Shown: positions 13,437 to 25,811 of the stretch, in pieces | How positions within the stretch are numbered: position 1 is the stretch's first letter | Layout: each line of letters begins with the position of its first letter | From: Octopus sinensis | Lineage: Eukaryota | Length of the DNA stretch: 64,000 nt | NCBI RefSeq assembly: GCF_006345805.1 | Contig: NC_042997.1 | Span: 194,246,001-194,310,000 of the forward strand | Reading direction: 5' to 3' | Translations under genes and position numbers: made by a program | The notes under the pieces: generated by a model | The model's database searches: none | Told to the model about the DNA's origin: nothing | The model's input: the letters and a program-made list of their open reading frames with translations, nothing else

Positions 13437-14220
13437 AAGGCGGCGAGCTGGCAGAAACGTTAACACACCGGGCGAAATGCTTAGCGGTATATCGTCTGTC
13501 TTTACGTTCTGGATTCAAATTCCGCCGAGGTCGACTTTGCCTTTCAGCCTTTCGGGGTCGATAAAATTAAGTACCAGTTACACACTGGGGTCGATGTAAT
13601 CGACTTAATCGGTTTATCTATCCTTGTTTGTCCCCTCTATATTTAGCCCCTTGTGAGTAGTAAAGGAATAGGTATTTCGTCTGCCGTTACGTTCTGAGTT
13701 CAAATTCCGCCGAGGTCGACTTTGCCTTTCATCCTTTCGGGGTCGATAAATAAAATACCAGTTACACACTGGGGTCGATGTAATCGACTTAATCCCTTTG
13801 CCTGTCCTTGTTTGTCCTCTCTGTGTTTAGCCCCTTGTGGGTAGTAAAGAAATAGGTATTTCGTCTGCCGCTATGTTCTGAGTTCAAATTCCGCCGAGGT
13901 CGACTTTGCCTTTCATTTTTTCGGGGTCGATAAATAAAGTACCAGTTACGCACTGGGGTCGATGTAATCGACTTAATCCTTTGTCTGTCCTTGTTGTCCT
14001 CTCTGTGTTTAGCCCCTTGTGGGCAGTAAAGAAATAGGTATTTCGTCTGCCGCTACGTTGTGTGTTCAAATTCCGCCGAGGTTGACTTTGCCTTTCATCC
14101 TTTCCGGGTCGATAAATAAAGTACCAGTTACGCACTGGGGTCGATATAATCGACTTAATCCCTTATCCTGTCCTTGTTTGTCCCCTCTATGTTTAGCCCC
14201 TTGTGGGCAATAAAGAAATA
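13437..14220 (+). mobile_element. SINE family A tetramer nested in an antisense family A copy
   Basis: Units restart at 13671, 13855 and 14037; 22 bp TSD AGAAATGCCGC(G/T)AAGTAATTTT at 13415-13436 and 14221-14242. Confidence 0.92.
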
Positions 14221-14450
14221 AGAAATGCCGCTAAGTAATTTTGTCTTGTACGGTAGCAAATCTGCCAGCTTGCCACCTTTCTGGTGTTAAAAATAACATC
14301 AGTCATGACGTCAATGTTTTCTCTTCGCCACGTAAGTATTATTTTAGACTGCAGCCATGCTGGGACACCGCCTTAACGGTTTTAGACCAGTGTTTCTCAA
14401 GGCAGGGCGCATAAGCTACCTGTTGTAGCATAGCATTAATTTGGTAGAGT

Positions 14451-14786
14451 GTGAAGGCGCATGGCTCAGTGGTTAGGGCGTCGAACTTACGATCGTGAGG
14501 TTGTGAGTTCGAATGCCGGACTGGGCTGCGTGTTGTGTTCTTGCGCAAGACACTTTATTTCACGTTGTTCCAGTTCACTCAGCTGTAGCAATGAGTTGCG
14601 ACGTCACAGGTGCCAAGCTGTATCGGCCTTTGCCTTTCCCTTGGATAACACTGCAGGCGTGGAGAGGGGAGGCCGGTATGCATGGGCGACTGCTGGCCTT
14701 CCATAAACAACCTTACCCTGACTTGTGCCTCGGAAGGTAACTTTCTAGGTGCAATCCCATGGTCATTCGTGGCCGAAAGGGGTCTC
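14451..14786 (+). mobile_element. SINE family D (tRNA-derived)
   Basis: A-box TGGCTCAGTGG, B-box GTTCGAAT; homolog at 56003-56318. Confidence 0.88.
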
Positions 14787-15239
14787 CTCCGAGTGACTTC
14801 AGAATGAGGCGTAAGCAATATGTAAGTAAAATATAAGTAAACCTTGCCATAAAATTTTCATAAGACTTATTTTCAGTGAATAATTGTTATATATTTTGTT
14901 CATGATAGGGGTTCACGATAGGGCGGAGGGAGGATTGAAAAGGGGAGTAGGGGCGAAGCGCTGGGAAATATTATTCTGGTCGATCAAATCGATCTCAGCA
15001 CTTATTTTTAGTTTGGTACTTATTGTTGAACCGCTAGGTAACGGAGATTCAAACGAACCAACAACACTTATCAAAACAGTTGTAAAGAAACTTTCATAAT
15101 ACAAACGTTATCTGAAACAGGACGCAATACTTTAACTAAAGTGGTTATACATACATACATACATACATACATACATACATACATACATACAAGAAACTGC
15201 GTGCTACCGTGAAATTCTGTTTTTGCTGGGGAAAAACTC

Positions 15240-15985
15240 AGAACGTAGCGTCTGCCGCTACGTTCTGAGTTCAAATTCCGCCGAGGTCGACTTTGCCTTT
15301 CATCCTTTCGGGGTCGATTAAATAAGTGCCAGTTACGCACTTAATCCATTTGTCTGTCCTTGTTTGTCCCCTCTGTGTGTAGCCCCTTGTGGGCAGTAAA
15401 GAAATAAGAAACGTTAGCATGCCGAGTGAAATGCTTAGTGGTATTTCGTCTGCCTTTACGTTCTGAGTTCAAATTCCGCCGAGGTCGACTTTGCCTTTCA
15501 TCTTTCGGGTCGATAAATTAAGTACCAGTTATGTACTGGCGTTGATCTAATCGACTGGTCCCTTCCCCCAAAATTTCGGGCCTTGTACATAGAGTAGAAA
15601 AGGCTATTACGACAACCTGGCAAACACGTTAGCAGACCGGACACAATGCTTAGCGGCATTTCGTTTGTGTTTACATTCTAATTTCAAGTTCCGCCGAGGT
15701 GACTTTACCTTTAACCCCACTTTCGGGATCGATGAAAGAACCATCAGTTGAGCGATGGGGAATCGATGTAATCGACTTAGCTCCTACCCCGAAATTACTG
15801 GCCTTGTGCCAAAATTTAGAATCATTATTACTGTCTTATTATAAGATGGTGATCTGTCAGAATCGGTAGCACTCCAGACAAAATGCTAAGTAGCATTTCT
15901 TTTGACTTTACGGTCTGAGTTCAAATGCCACCAAGGCCGACTCTACCCTTGGATCCTATCAGGGGTCGATAAAATAAATACAAGT
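15240..15985 (+). mobile_element. cluster of SINE family A copies
   Basis: Several successive A cores of varying divergence. Confidence 0.85.
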
Positions 15986-16114
15986 CAATTATTTCATCAT
16001 TGGAGAACAACGTCTTCTGTCAGACGAATATGGGTTCGTATCACACTCAGTTTATTAGCGTCAGTGGATTTTGGGACACCCAGTGACTACTCTTGTTAGA
16101 TTCATTCGTCCGAC

Positions 16115-16170
16115 GTAGCTTTGGCTGAGGAGGCACAACGGTGTCGAAACATCGGGTGTCCAAAGTCTAC
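16115..16170 (+). ncRNA. type I hammerhead ribozyme, canonical core
   Basis: GTAGCTTTGG-CTGAGGA-GGCAC(AACG)GTGTC-GAAA-CAT(CGG)GTG-TC-CAAAGTCTAC; GUC cleavage triplet ending at 16160. Confidence 0.75.
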
Positions 16171-16770
16171 TTGCGCTAATTAATCGAGTGTGTTATGAAA
16201 AGATTCGTCTGAAAGATGTTCTCTAATTACAAAATACAACAGCGATTAACATATTCGAGTTCGAATCTTTCGGAACATATGAATATCTAAGTCATCTTTC
16301 TAATTTTCGCTATTCACGTGCACATGGCGATTCCTAATCGAAGGAGATATATTGATTACTTCTATGCGAATTAAGAATAGTTTAAAAGCTTCCAAGTCCT
16401 CACCTGAAGACTGACATAACAATTCAGACTTTCTTCTTTCGCTCACTATCTTCATTGGCACCTTACCAAATACTGGCATCTAACATTTGTTTTGTCTTAT
16501 TTTTCTTCGTAGGTAAACAGACATGAAATATATTAGTACAACACAGAAAGTTGCTTGTTATTTTTACTTGTATATTATCTCTCGGCAATATTTGTGTATC
16601 ACGCATGAGAAGAATTAAAATTAACCAGAGATGTTTTTAATAAATCATTTCTGATCTTTCTTTTCGGTTTCTAAATTGCATTAGTTAGTTTCGTCAGTTA
16701 ACATTTAGTCTTACTAATCAAGCAATTAATTTAGATTAACTGTAGTACACCGTTCTTGTTTCCTCGAAGT

Positions 16771-17180
16771 TCTCTCTTTTCTCTTTTTACTTGTTTCAGT
16801 CATTTTGACTGCGGCCATGCTGGTGCACCGCCTTTAGTCAAGCAACTCGACCCCGGGACTTATTCTTTGTAAGCCTAGTACTTATTCTATCGGTCTCTTT
16901 TTGCCGAACCGCTAAGTGACGGGACATAAACACACCAGCATCGGTTGTCAAGCAATGCTAGGGGGACAAACACAGACACACAAACATACACACACACACA
17001 TATATACACATATATACGACGGGCTTCTTTCAGTTTCCGTCTACCAAATCCACTCACAAGGCTTTGGTCGGCCCGAGGCTATAGTGGGAGACACTTGCCC
17101 AAAATGCCACGCAGTAGGACTGAACCTGGAACCATGTGGTTGGTAAGCAAGCTACTTACCACACGGCCACTCCTGCGCCT
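16771..17180 (-). mobile_element. SINE family B, full length
   Basis: Head GGCGCAGGAGTGGCCGTGTGGTAAG, internal (TA)n(TG)n, A-rich AAAAGAG tail. Confidence 0.93.
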
Positions 17181-17816
17181 ATTGTTATCGTTTTTAAAAC
17201 TCGAGTCGACTAGAGTTTTCTCAAGACTGATTAATAATGGTCGACAGAATCATTGCATGTTTAACTACGTCTGCTAAAGGAAATATGTTAAATCCAGCGA
17301 AATAAATTCTTCCTCTCTTATCAAAGAGAAAATACTGAACTGCATGTTTTTAGTTAAGGTGTACGAAGAAGGCATCGACCGAATATCAAGAAGGAAGCTG
17401 ATAGTGAATTAGTATTATAATTATTTCAGGAAATTTTAATAAGAATAAATACAAATAAACCTACAATTAAAAAAATAGTATTAGTCATTGGTTAACATAA
17501 TTTTTTAATCTTTCAGCAAATACAAGAGATAACACCGGTCGGGTTTCTATCTTATTCTCACCTACTCAGAGAAGCATATAAGCCGATATGCGAGTAGGTT
17601 TCGTATCAGAGTTGAAGTCAGTTCAATTCACTGATATTGCTAATTCCCTTCAAAAGTACAGGAATGTCATACGATTACAGTTGCATTTGCTGCAAATCCG
17701 TGTCTTTGTATCTTTGTTTTAAAAAAAGAACCAATGCTATCAGGATATCAATGAAACTGTATGCGTGTATATATACACACACATATATATAGATATATAT
17801 ATAGAGAGAGGGGGGA

Positions 17817-17853
<37 letters not shown>

Positions 17854-17929
17854 AGAAAAACAAAGGACGAAGACAGGTGTATGAACAACAAGCAGGTGTA
17901 TCAGTTTGACGCTCGGGAAAATGAAAAAG

Positions 17930-17967
17930 TCTTTTACGTTTCGAGCATACGCTCTTCAACAGAAAGG
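17930..17967 (-). ncRNA. minimal hammerhead-like motif, U6 core variant
   Basis: Minus strand CTTT-CTGTTGA-A-GAGC(GTAT)GCTC-GAAA-CG-TA-AAAG; downstream ~80 bp homologous to 8817-8905. Confidence 0.55.
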
Positions 17968-17968
17968 A

Positions 17969-17999
<31 letters not shown>

Positions 18000-20201
18000 T
18001 GTATGTATGTATGTATGTATGTATGTATATATGTATGTATGTACGTATGTATGTACAGTGTAGTGATAAGATGTAACTGAATATGACACTATTCAATGAC
18101 GCACCATTTTAAAAAGTTTCTGGAAAACTCAATTCATAAAATATTCTCATTTTCGTTTAACTTTTCTCGATTCACCTGCCTATATTTCTCATTATTTACT
18201 CTCCCCTTTTCTCTCTATATATATATTCCAAGAATATTTTACAAACACACACACACACACATTTATCTATGATATTCGGCCAAAGAAACTCTCTACCTCA
18301 TATTCACCGTAAATATAGAGGATACAGCTCCACTGGCAGCCTGTGATTTGTGCCTGCTCCCAATTATTCTACGCTTTTCCTGCGATGAAACTACGAAAGT
18401 TGAGGCTAATTTATTGTCTCCGATGCGCACGATTTCCCAACCTCTGCAACAAAGTGTCTCCCGTCTATTTGTGGTTTTGAAAATGTTCCTGTCCTAATTG
18501 TAAAAGGCAACCAACTTCTCTCTTACGCCTGATAAAGTGGCCGGTTTATAAGATTGCAATGGACAATAATAGAAGACACTTGCCGAAGGTGCCATGCAGT
18601 GGGACTGAACCCGAAACCATGTGGTCGGGAAGCAAATGTGTGTGTGTGTGTGTGTGTGTTAGCATACCCAGGAGAATTGCGCAGTTCATTTTGTGGTGCA
18701 GTGTAAGCGATAAACACCTCTCCACTCGGTAATAAATATCCTGTCATTTTCTTCAAAATCTTTGGAAAATTTCCTGAGAAATCCTCTCTATCCTTTTCGA
18801 CTATGTTTTCTCTTCTAACCTTTTTTCTCATTCTGGCTTATACAAAATATTCTTGCCGATCATCAACGTTCTCATTTTGCCTTTTTCCTTGATTAGCTCC
18901 AGCTTCTTATTACGACACCTTCTAGCTCCATGTCTTATATTACCTTCGTTCCTTTTCTCTTGAGTTAATGTCTCTTGTCGTTCTTGATTCTCCTCTCTTT
19001 ATTCCTAATCCTCATTTCTTCTTTTTGCCATTTTCCCAATATTTCCTTGTAGCTTCTCTGTCGTTTCGTTTCAATTTTTCCTGTCATGCTTTATGATCAT
19101 TTTCAGCCGCAACACACCAAACTCCGTTTCGCTAATAAAATAATTCAAGAAGCGCTTAATATTATATATATATTGGTAACACCCGTACCCAGGATGTACC
19201 ATAACGCATCTTTTACAAAGAAAGTTTGGAATACTGGTAATAATATACAAAGAGTTGGAAAAGCTCGTACCTAGGATTTACAGATACACACGTTTTACGA
19301 ATAAATTTGGCAATCTGTTATATTTTATTGCTGAAGATAGATTCCTGTGGTGTAAAAATCTCCCACGCTGTGGAAGGTTTTATTTAAGTGTATGTATCGA
19401 AGAGAGAGAGAGAGATAAGAGACACAGATAAAGATTCAAACGAACACTACTGACACTCACACACACACACACACGCACACACACACAAACTGACACACAT
19501 ACAAACATCAATGGGCGCGTACACATGCACACACGCACACACAGACGACTTTTAACGGTGCGTATATGTGTGAGAGAGCTGACGGTATGTGTGTATGTGC
19601 GCGTGATATTAGCGTTAATATGTGTGCTAGTGTGTGTATGTGCATATGTACAAGTACCCGTAGCATTAATTTAATTTTTTCACTATTTATCAAATTTAGG
19701 AATACGGATATATATAGCTACGAAAACATTGTATCCAACATATACCGTAGGACATTTTACAAAAGAAGTTAGGAACACAGATACTAATACATAGATAGAT
19801 GCTCAATTTACACGACGTCTTGATCTAAGACGCACGAGTTAAATTATCTGGTAAATAGTGAAAGAAAATTAGACAAATGATATTTGCACGTGCACACGTC
19901 CCCCACTCTCCAACTCTCACACAACATACACACACAGCTAACTGGAGTCTGTGTATGTGTGTTTATACCAATAGCGTCCGTGTGTGTGACTGTGTATATT
20001 TTTGCGCGTGCCAGTGGCGTCCGTTTGAATCACTTAATCTATCTCTCCCCCCTTTCTCCCCCTCTCTCTTCTCTCTCTGTCACTCTCTCTCCCCCCTCTC
20101 TCTCTCCCTCACACACGCACAAAGTTTTACCACCACCTTTCTATAACGTAACAGATTTTTTACACCACAGGAATCAATCGTTCTGACTTTATTATAATAT
20201 A

Positions 20202-20251
<50 letters not shown>

Positions 20252-20736
20252 TATAATATGTTATATTACAATATATTGTATTCGAGCATACAAGTAATCG
20301 TACCTTCTTTTTAGACCTGAATAGCAGAAACGAAAGAATCCGTAAAAGACTGCCATGTTTAAAGCTCAATTCATCTTCCCATATGTCATTACTATATATA
20401 ATTTTATTCCCTCCACGAAAATTGTATAATATATATATATACAGGAGATAATATTATACAATACTGCAACCACTGTAAACAAATCTCACATTACTCTCTC
20501 CTCGTGGAGAGATCATACTCGATAAGGATTTTTAGCAAAAGGGTAAAGGATTTACTTCCAGACTTTTGGAATCTGAATGTTCCATGCAATTTTAGTTGAA
20601 GGCTTATGAATTTGTTGTTTATTTTTCATTTAATAACAGTGACTCAACAGCAATGATATCGTCAAGGGAGGTAATTAGTTTTGATATCTTGGAAGCTTTC
20701 ATATTTTTCTTATTTACCTCTCTTGGCATCATCCAG

Positions 20737-20833
20737 ATGTTGTTTTATGGTTGCAGCAGCTGCTAAAATGCTGTTATTTGGTTGCCAAAACTTTGGTTCT
20801 ATAAATTTCTGCGATAGACGTCCCAAGCAGAAG
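20737..20833 (+). CDS. weak candidate exon (CCFMVAAAAKMLLFGCQNFGSINFCDRRPKQK)
   Basis: Pyrimidine tract + CCAG, AAG|GTATTG donor, one open frame entering in phase 2; no recognisable homology. Confidence 0.2.
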
Positions 20834-21016
20834 GTATTGTCAAGCAAACACTCATTCATTTGTTTGTTTTATTGTGTATATGTTCGGTGATCTCAACCAA
20901 GTAATTGCTTTATATGATATTTATAATGCTATCGTTAATAATAATAATCATGCGTGTGTACTTTACTGTTGTTGAACTCGGTTGTTTACTTGCAACTCTG
21001 TATGGCGGTACTGAGT

Positions 21017-21245
21017 GGCGGCGAGCTGGCAGAAACGTTAGCACGCCGGACGAAATGCGTAGCCGTATTTCGTCTGCCGTTACGTTCTGAGTTCAAATTC
21101 TGCCGAGGTCGACTTTGCCTTTCATCCTTTCGGGATCGATAAATTAAGTACCAGTTGCGCACTGGGGTCGATGTAATCGACTTAATCCGTGTCTGTCCTT
21201 GTTTGTCCCCTCTGTGTTTAGCCCCTTGTGGGTAGTAAAGAAATA
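21017..21245 (+). mobile_element. SINE family A monomer with TSD
   Basis: GGTACTGAGT duplicated at 21007-21016 and 21246-21255. Confidence 0.93.
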
Positions 21246-21284
21246 GGTACTGAGTGAGAAAAAACACGCTACGAAACAAGTTTT

Positions 21285-21568
21285 GAATACTAACTACAAA
21301 TACAATAGGGTCTCGCATATGTTAATATACTGAGTTGGAAAAAAAAGATCCAATTAACTGAGATTATCTTTGAAATTAACAGACTAAAACTCACTGCTAC
21401 AAATTTAAGAATATAAGTAATAGTGATCGTTCTAATAAAATGATTTAAGTAACATCTAGAAAACAAAGAAAATGCAATATGGGGATGGGTCTTGTCTTTA
21501 AATACAGATGAAGGTAATGGTTATGTTTCGGTCTTATTAAATCTCCTTAGCGAAGGATATTCTACTCA
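21285..21568. repeat. unclassified old dispersed repeat
   Basis: Colinear similarity with ~41105-41356. Confidence 0.55.
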
Positions 21569-21944
21569 ATTCCTTTTACAAACAGATAGATGAATAAATA
21601 GATTAACAGACAGGCAGACAGGCAGGCAGATAGACAGATTGTAGGGTACAGTGGTACACATACACGCGCACACACAGATACACACGCGCACACTCATACA
21701 CACATGCACGTAGCGGGATTTGCCACAACTTCTATCTACGAAATTCATTGACAAGACATTGGTCGGCTCCGAACTATAGCAGAAAAAACGCTTGTCCAGC
21801 GCGCGTAAATCTTCTAATTTGATCGGTCAATGGTGTAATGCTACAGCGCTCTGTTTTGGTAGGGTGATTAGGCGATGTTCTTTTCTTCATCTTGAATATA
21901 TGCCGTATACATACATACATGCATACATATGTGTGTGCGTGTTT

Positions 21945-22015
<71 letters not shown>

Positions 22016-22034
22016 TATAGATTGATAGACAGAC

Positions 22035-22070
<36 letters not shown>

Positions 22071-22158
22071 CGTGAAGTATATTTACCACCTAAATATGGC
22101 GGACTCATAGGGACGATGCTACTGTTGTTTATAGCCCCAGGAAAATTATTAATTTGAT

Positions 22159-22215
22159 ATCATGCTGATGAAGAAAGTGAATTTTATAATTCTAATCCCG
22201 AAACGCGTACATGAT
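22159..22215 (+). ncRNA. minimal type I hammerhead ribozyme
   Basis: ATCATG-CTGATGA-[weak stem II GAATT/AATTC]-C-GAAA-CGCG-TA-CATGAT. Confidence 0.6.
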
Positions 22216-22381
22216 TAATCGTAAGACTGGTTAGTTTCGTTATTTTTTCTTCTTTTTGACTATGTGAGTTACGAGTATTGCTGTCTGTGGAGTTATATTG
22301 TAGTTAAAAGAATTAGCGGTTTTGACTGCTATTTCTAAATTTTCGGTATGCGGTAAAGCAACTTTTTGGTAAACCCTTAAT

Positions 22382-22469
<88 letters not shown>

Positions 22470-22579
22470 GTACACGCACGCTCACGCGCACACACACACA
22501 CATATGTATGTGTATTCACAAGAAAACGTGAATGCTGTGGTGTGTGATCCTTAGATGGGGTAGTCACAACACACATCAC

Positions 22580-22910
22580 AGGTGATGAAAGGAGGAGAAA
22601 CGGGTGACTTGGTTGTGCTTGAATTGAGACGATACAAGAGCATTCAACACCGGGGAACCGAGGTCATTATAGTAACGGTAAAAAGAGGCAGAGAGAGGAT
22701 GCTGCATGCATATGACCCAAAGGCTAGGTCGTGTCTGTGAGTGATTTTTATGCCAAAAATTTAAGTGAAACTTCTCAGGATACGATGTCTGTGTGTACTG
22801 CAACAGTATTGTCCCATATGTGAGGACAATATTCCCTCGTAGGGATCACTTGAGCTTTGTGGAATGTCAATTATTGTTGGAAGCTGAAGTATTTTCTGGC
22901 ATTGGGGAGA
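22580..22910 (-). pseudogene. CR1/L2-group LINE ORF2 fragment, degenerate
   Basis: Minus-strand translation LTFHKAQVIPTREYCPHIWD and ...FYRYYN resemble the C-terminal region of CR1-type reverse transcriptases. Confidence 0.6.
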
Positions 22911-24019
22911 AAAGTTAACCTTTGGGATGCGGTCCTAGATATATTATATTATATAATATATAGGGGAGCTTGTGTATATTTGTGTTTAAGATGTGTTTAT
23001 TTGATCTATCAAATCATGTTACAGCGCTAGGTATAGTAGGTATTTAAATAATGCATTCGTGAATTGGATGTGGAGCTGATGAAAGAGCAATAACTCTTAA
23101 AATATGTATATACACCAATATATTTTCTGTTTTCGATCGCCTTGTTTACATAGACGTATTAGTGTACGAAACGCCGTAACTTGCAGTGATGGCTCTGAAT
23201 TCTATAGAAAAACTATTGAGATAAACTCAAGAGTGATATTTCTGTGTGTTATTCTACGTATATGTGGTTGTGCTCGAGGAATATAAGAGATGTTTATGTC
23301 TATATATCTATGTACCGCCATGTTTGTATGTTTGTATATGACTGTATGTACACGTAAGACAAAAACTTGGTTTTTCTTTTTATCCTTTTTTTCTCCTTTT
23401 TCTTTTCAAATCTTGACTGTCTTTTTTTTAAATCCTCAATATATCTCTCTTTCTATCTGCCTCTATCTCTCGTCTCTCTTTTCTATTTCTCTATTGACAG
23501 ACATCACAGATAAGAACAGAGAAATGGAGTCATCTCACTACAGAACCTAAAACAGATTTATATCCATTTAACCACACATACACACACACACACAAACACA
23601 CCAAAAATTTGTTTAAAAAAGAATAAAATGTAAAATAACGCTGAACGAAAACCAAAAAAAAAACAACAAAAAAACAAAAAAACAGTTCACAATGAAAGAA
23701 AGACAGAAGGAAGAAAAGAAGGAAGAGACAGAAATCAGAGACGATATCTTCCAAACCAAATCTACTGCTGTATTGATGCATGGTCGTTGTTCTTGTTGAT
23801 GTTACTGATGGTGATGCTGATTATGTTGCCAATGCCGCCATTTTTCTTTTTCTTTTCTAATTGTCGTTTATTGGACAAGCGAATGATTTTTTAAAAATTT
23901 TGTTGCTGGTTTTCATTTTATACTTAAAATAACAATTTCTCCTTTACAGTATACCCTGTCATGTACACACACACACATACACACACAAGTGTGTGTATAT
24001 AATATCAATTATGTGTATT

Positions 24020-24068
<49 letters not shown>

Positions 24069-24089
24069 GTATGTATGTATGTATATATT

Positions 24090-24580
24090 TTTTATTTGTT
24101 TCAGTCATTAGACTGCGGTCATGCTGGGGCACCGCCTTGAAGAATTTTTTTCCAGATGTATCAAGCCCATTACGTTTTTTTTTCTAAGCCTGGGAAATTA
24201 TTCTATCGCTCTCTTTTGCCGAACTGCTACGTTCCGAGCACGTAAATACACCTATACCAATTGTCAAGCGGTGGAGTGGGGGGAAACAAATACAAAGACA
24301 CACACACACACACATACACTTACATACATACATACACATACATACATACATACATACATACATACATACATACATACATACATACATACATACATACATA
24401 CATAAGTAGCTATACGACGGGCTGGGACTTCTCTCAGCTTCCGTCTAACAAATTCACTCACAGGGCTTTGGTCGGCCCGGGGCTATAATAGAAGACATTT
24501 GCTCATGGTGCCACGCAGTGGGGCTGAACCCAAAACCATATGGCTGGGAGCCAAACATCTTACACAATCGCGCACGCACT
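24090..24580 (-). mobile_element. SINE family B, diverged
   Basis: Tail and head similarity, internal (CATA)n. Confidence 0.85.
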
Positions 24581-24681
24581 TATATTTATGTATGTATATA
24601 TACACACAAAACAAGCCCTCCACTCTTTCATTCGTTTACTCCTTTGGAAATGAAGGATTCGAGCTCGGTTTTCTAAACTAG

Positions 24682-24737
24682 AATACCTCTCGGTTCTACC
24701 TTTCCCTTATTTTTATTTGCGCTGTTTCCAGGTAAGT
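24682..24737 (+). promoter_or_regulatory. candidate recursive splice site (3'SS immediately followed by 5'SS)
   Basis: AG-free pyrimidine tract then TTTCCAG|GTAAGT (junction 24731/24732). Confidence 0.4.
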
Positions 24738-24882
24738 GAAGTACACGGTCTAATCAATGCCCCGTTCAACTGTACACACTATATACATATACATATATAT
24801 ATATGTATGTTGTTGTGTGTGTATGTATATGTATCACACACACACCACACACTATATATATATATGTGTGTAGTATATATAT

Positions 24883-24921
<39 letters not shown>

Positions 24922-24935
24922 AATGTGTGTAGATG

Positions 24936-24968
<33 letters not shown>

Positions 24969-24992
24969 ACATACATACATATGCGTATATAT

Positions 24993-25132
24993 AATCAAAA
25001 TAAGCAACAAGGATATCCAGAGGTAATGCAGTACGATCGTTTCATGCAACTCCATTTAATTGAACAATGCAATCATTACATGAAACGATCGTACTGCATT
25101 ACCTCTGAATATCCTTGCTGCTTATTTTGATT
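24993..25132. repeat. near-perfect palindrome (~54 bp arms) containing a hammerhead 3' half
   Basis: Arms 24993-25046 and 25079-25132 with 2 mismatches; GAAACGATCGTA motif. Confidence 0.85.
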
Positions 25133-25239
25133 TTAATCACCTTACTTTGAAATTGTATGGATAATACCGTACTAAATTCTGGTGCCTCAGCTTAAGTACC
25201 ATATTCATTTGAATCTAATTTTATGCGTATATATATGTA

Positions 25240-25580
25240 GAAATATAGTGCCAAAGCTCCCAGCAATGTCATCACGCTTCAGGACCAGTTACTGCAACAG
25301 CCTGGGTTTCAAGGGCCCACAGCTTTTTAATATTCTGCCAATGAGTCTGAGGAACTTGTACATAGTAGATGTAGGGGTTTTAAATCAAAGGTGGACCTCT
25401 TCCTGTTGAGAGTCCCAGATGAACCTACCTCACGGCAAGAGGTGCAAATGGGAGTTGCTATATCAAACTCCATTCTTCACCAAGTGCCACATATTAGAGG
25501 AGGCTCTTAGTAATAACAGTGTAGCAAAACGGCTGTGAATCAGCATGGCCCTAGCTCTGAGCTGAAACTAGGAAAAAAAA
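25240..25580 (+). pseudogene. CR1-clade LINE 3' end fragment
   Basis: GFKGPQLFNILPMSLRNL...KSKVDLFLLRVPDEP...SNSILHQ, typical CR1 ORF2 C-terminus with a frameshift, then 3' UTR hairpin and A run. Confidence 0.75.
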
Positions 25581-25581
25581 A

Positions 25582-25737
25582 TGTGGCTGTGTGGTAAGTA
25601 GCTTGCTAACCAACCACATGGTTCCGGGTTCAGTCCCACTACGTGGCATCTTGGGCAAGTGTCTTCTGCTATAACCTCGGGCCGACCAATGCCTTGTGAG
25701 TGGATTTGGTAGACGGAAACTGAAAGAAGCCTGTCGT

Positions 25738-25811
<74 letters not shown>

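Noticed and set aside
13437-14220. Regular repeat array resembling CRISPR
   Set aside because: Units are ~183 bp SINE bodies with no unique spacers, no cas genes and a eukaryotic context
14451-14530. tRNA-like sequences at SINE heads
   Set aside because: A and B boxes are present but run into SINE bodies, often with TSDs; no complete cloverleaf
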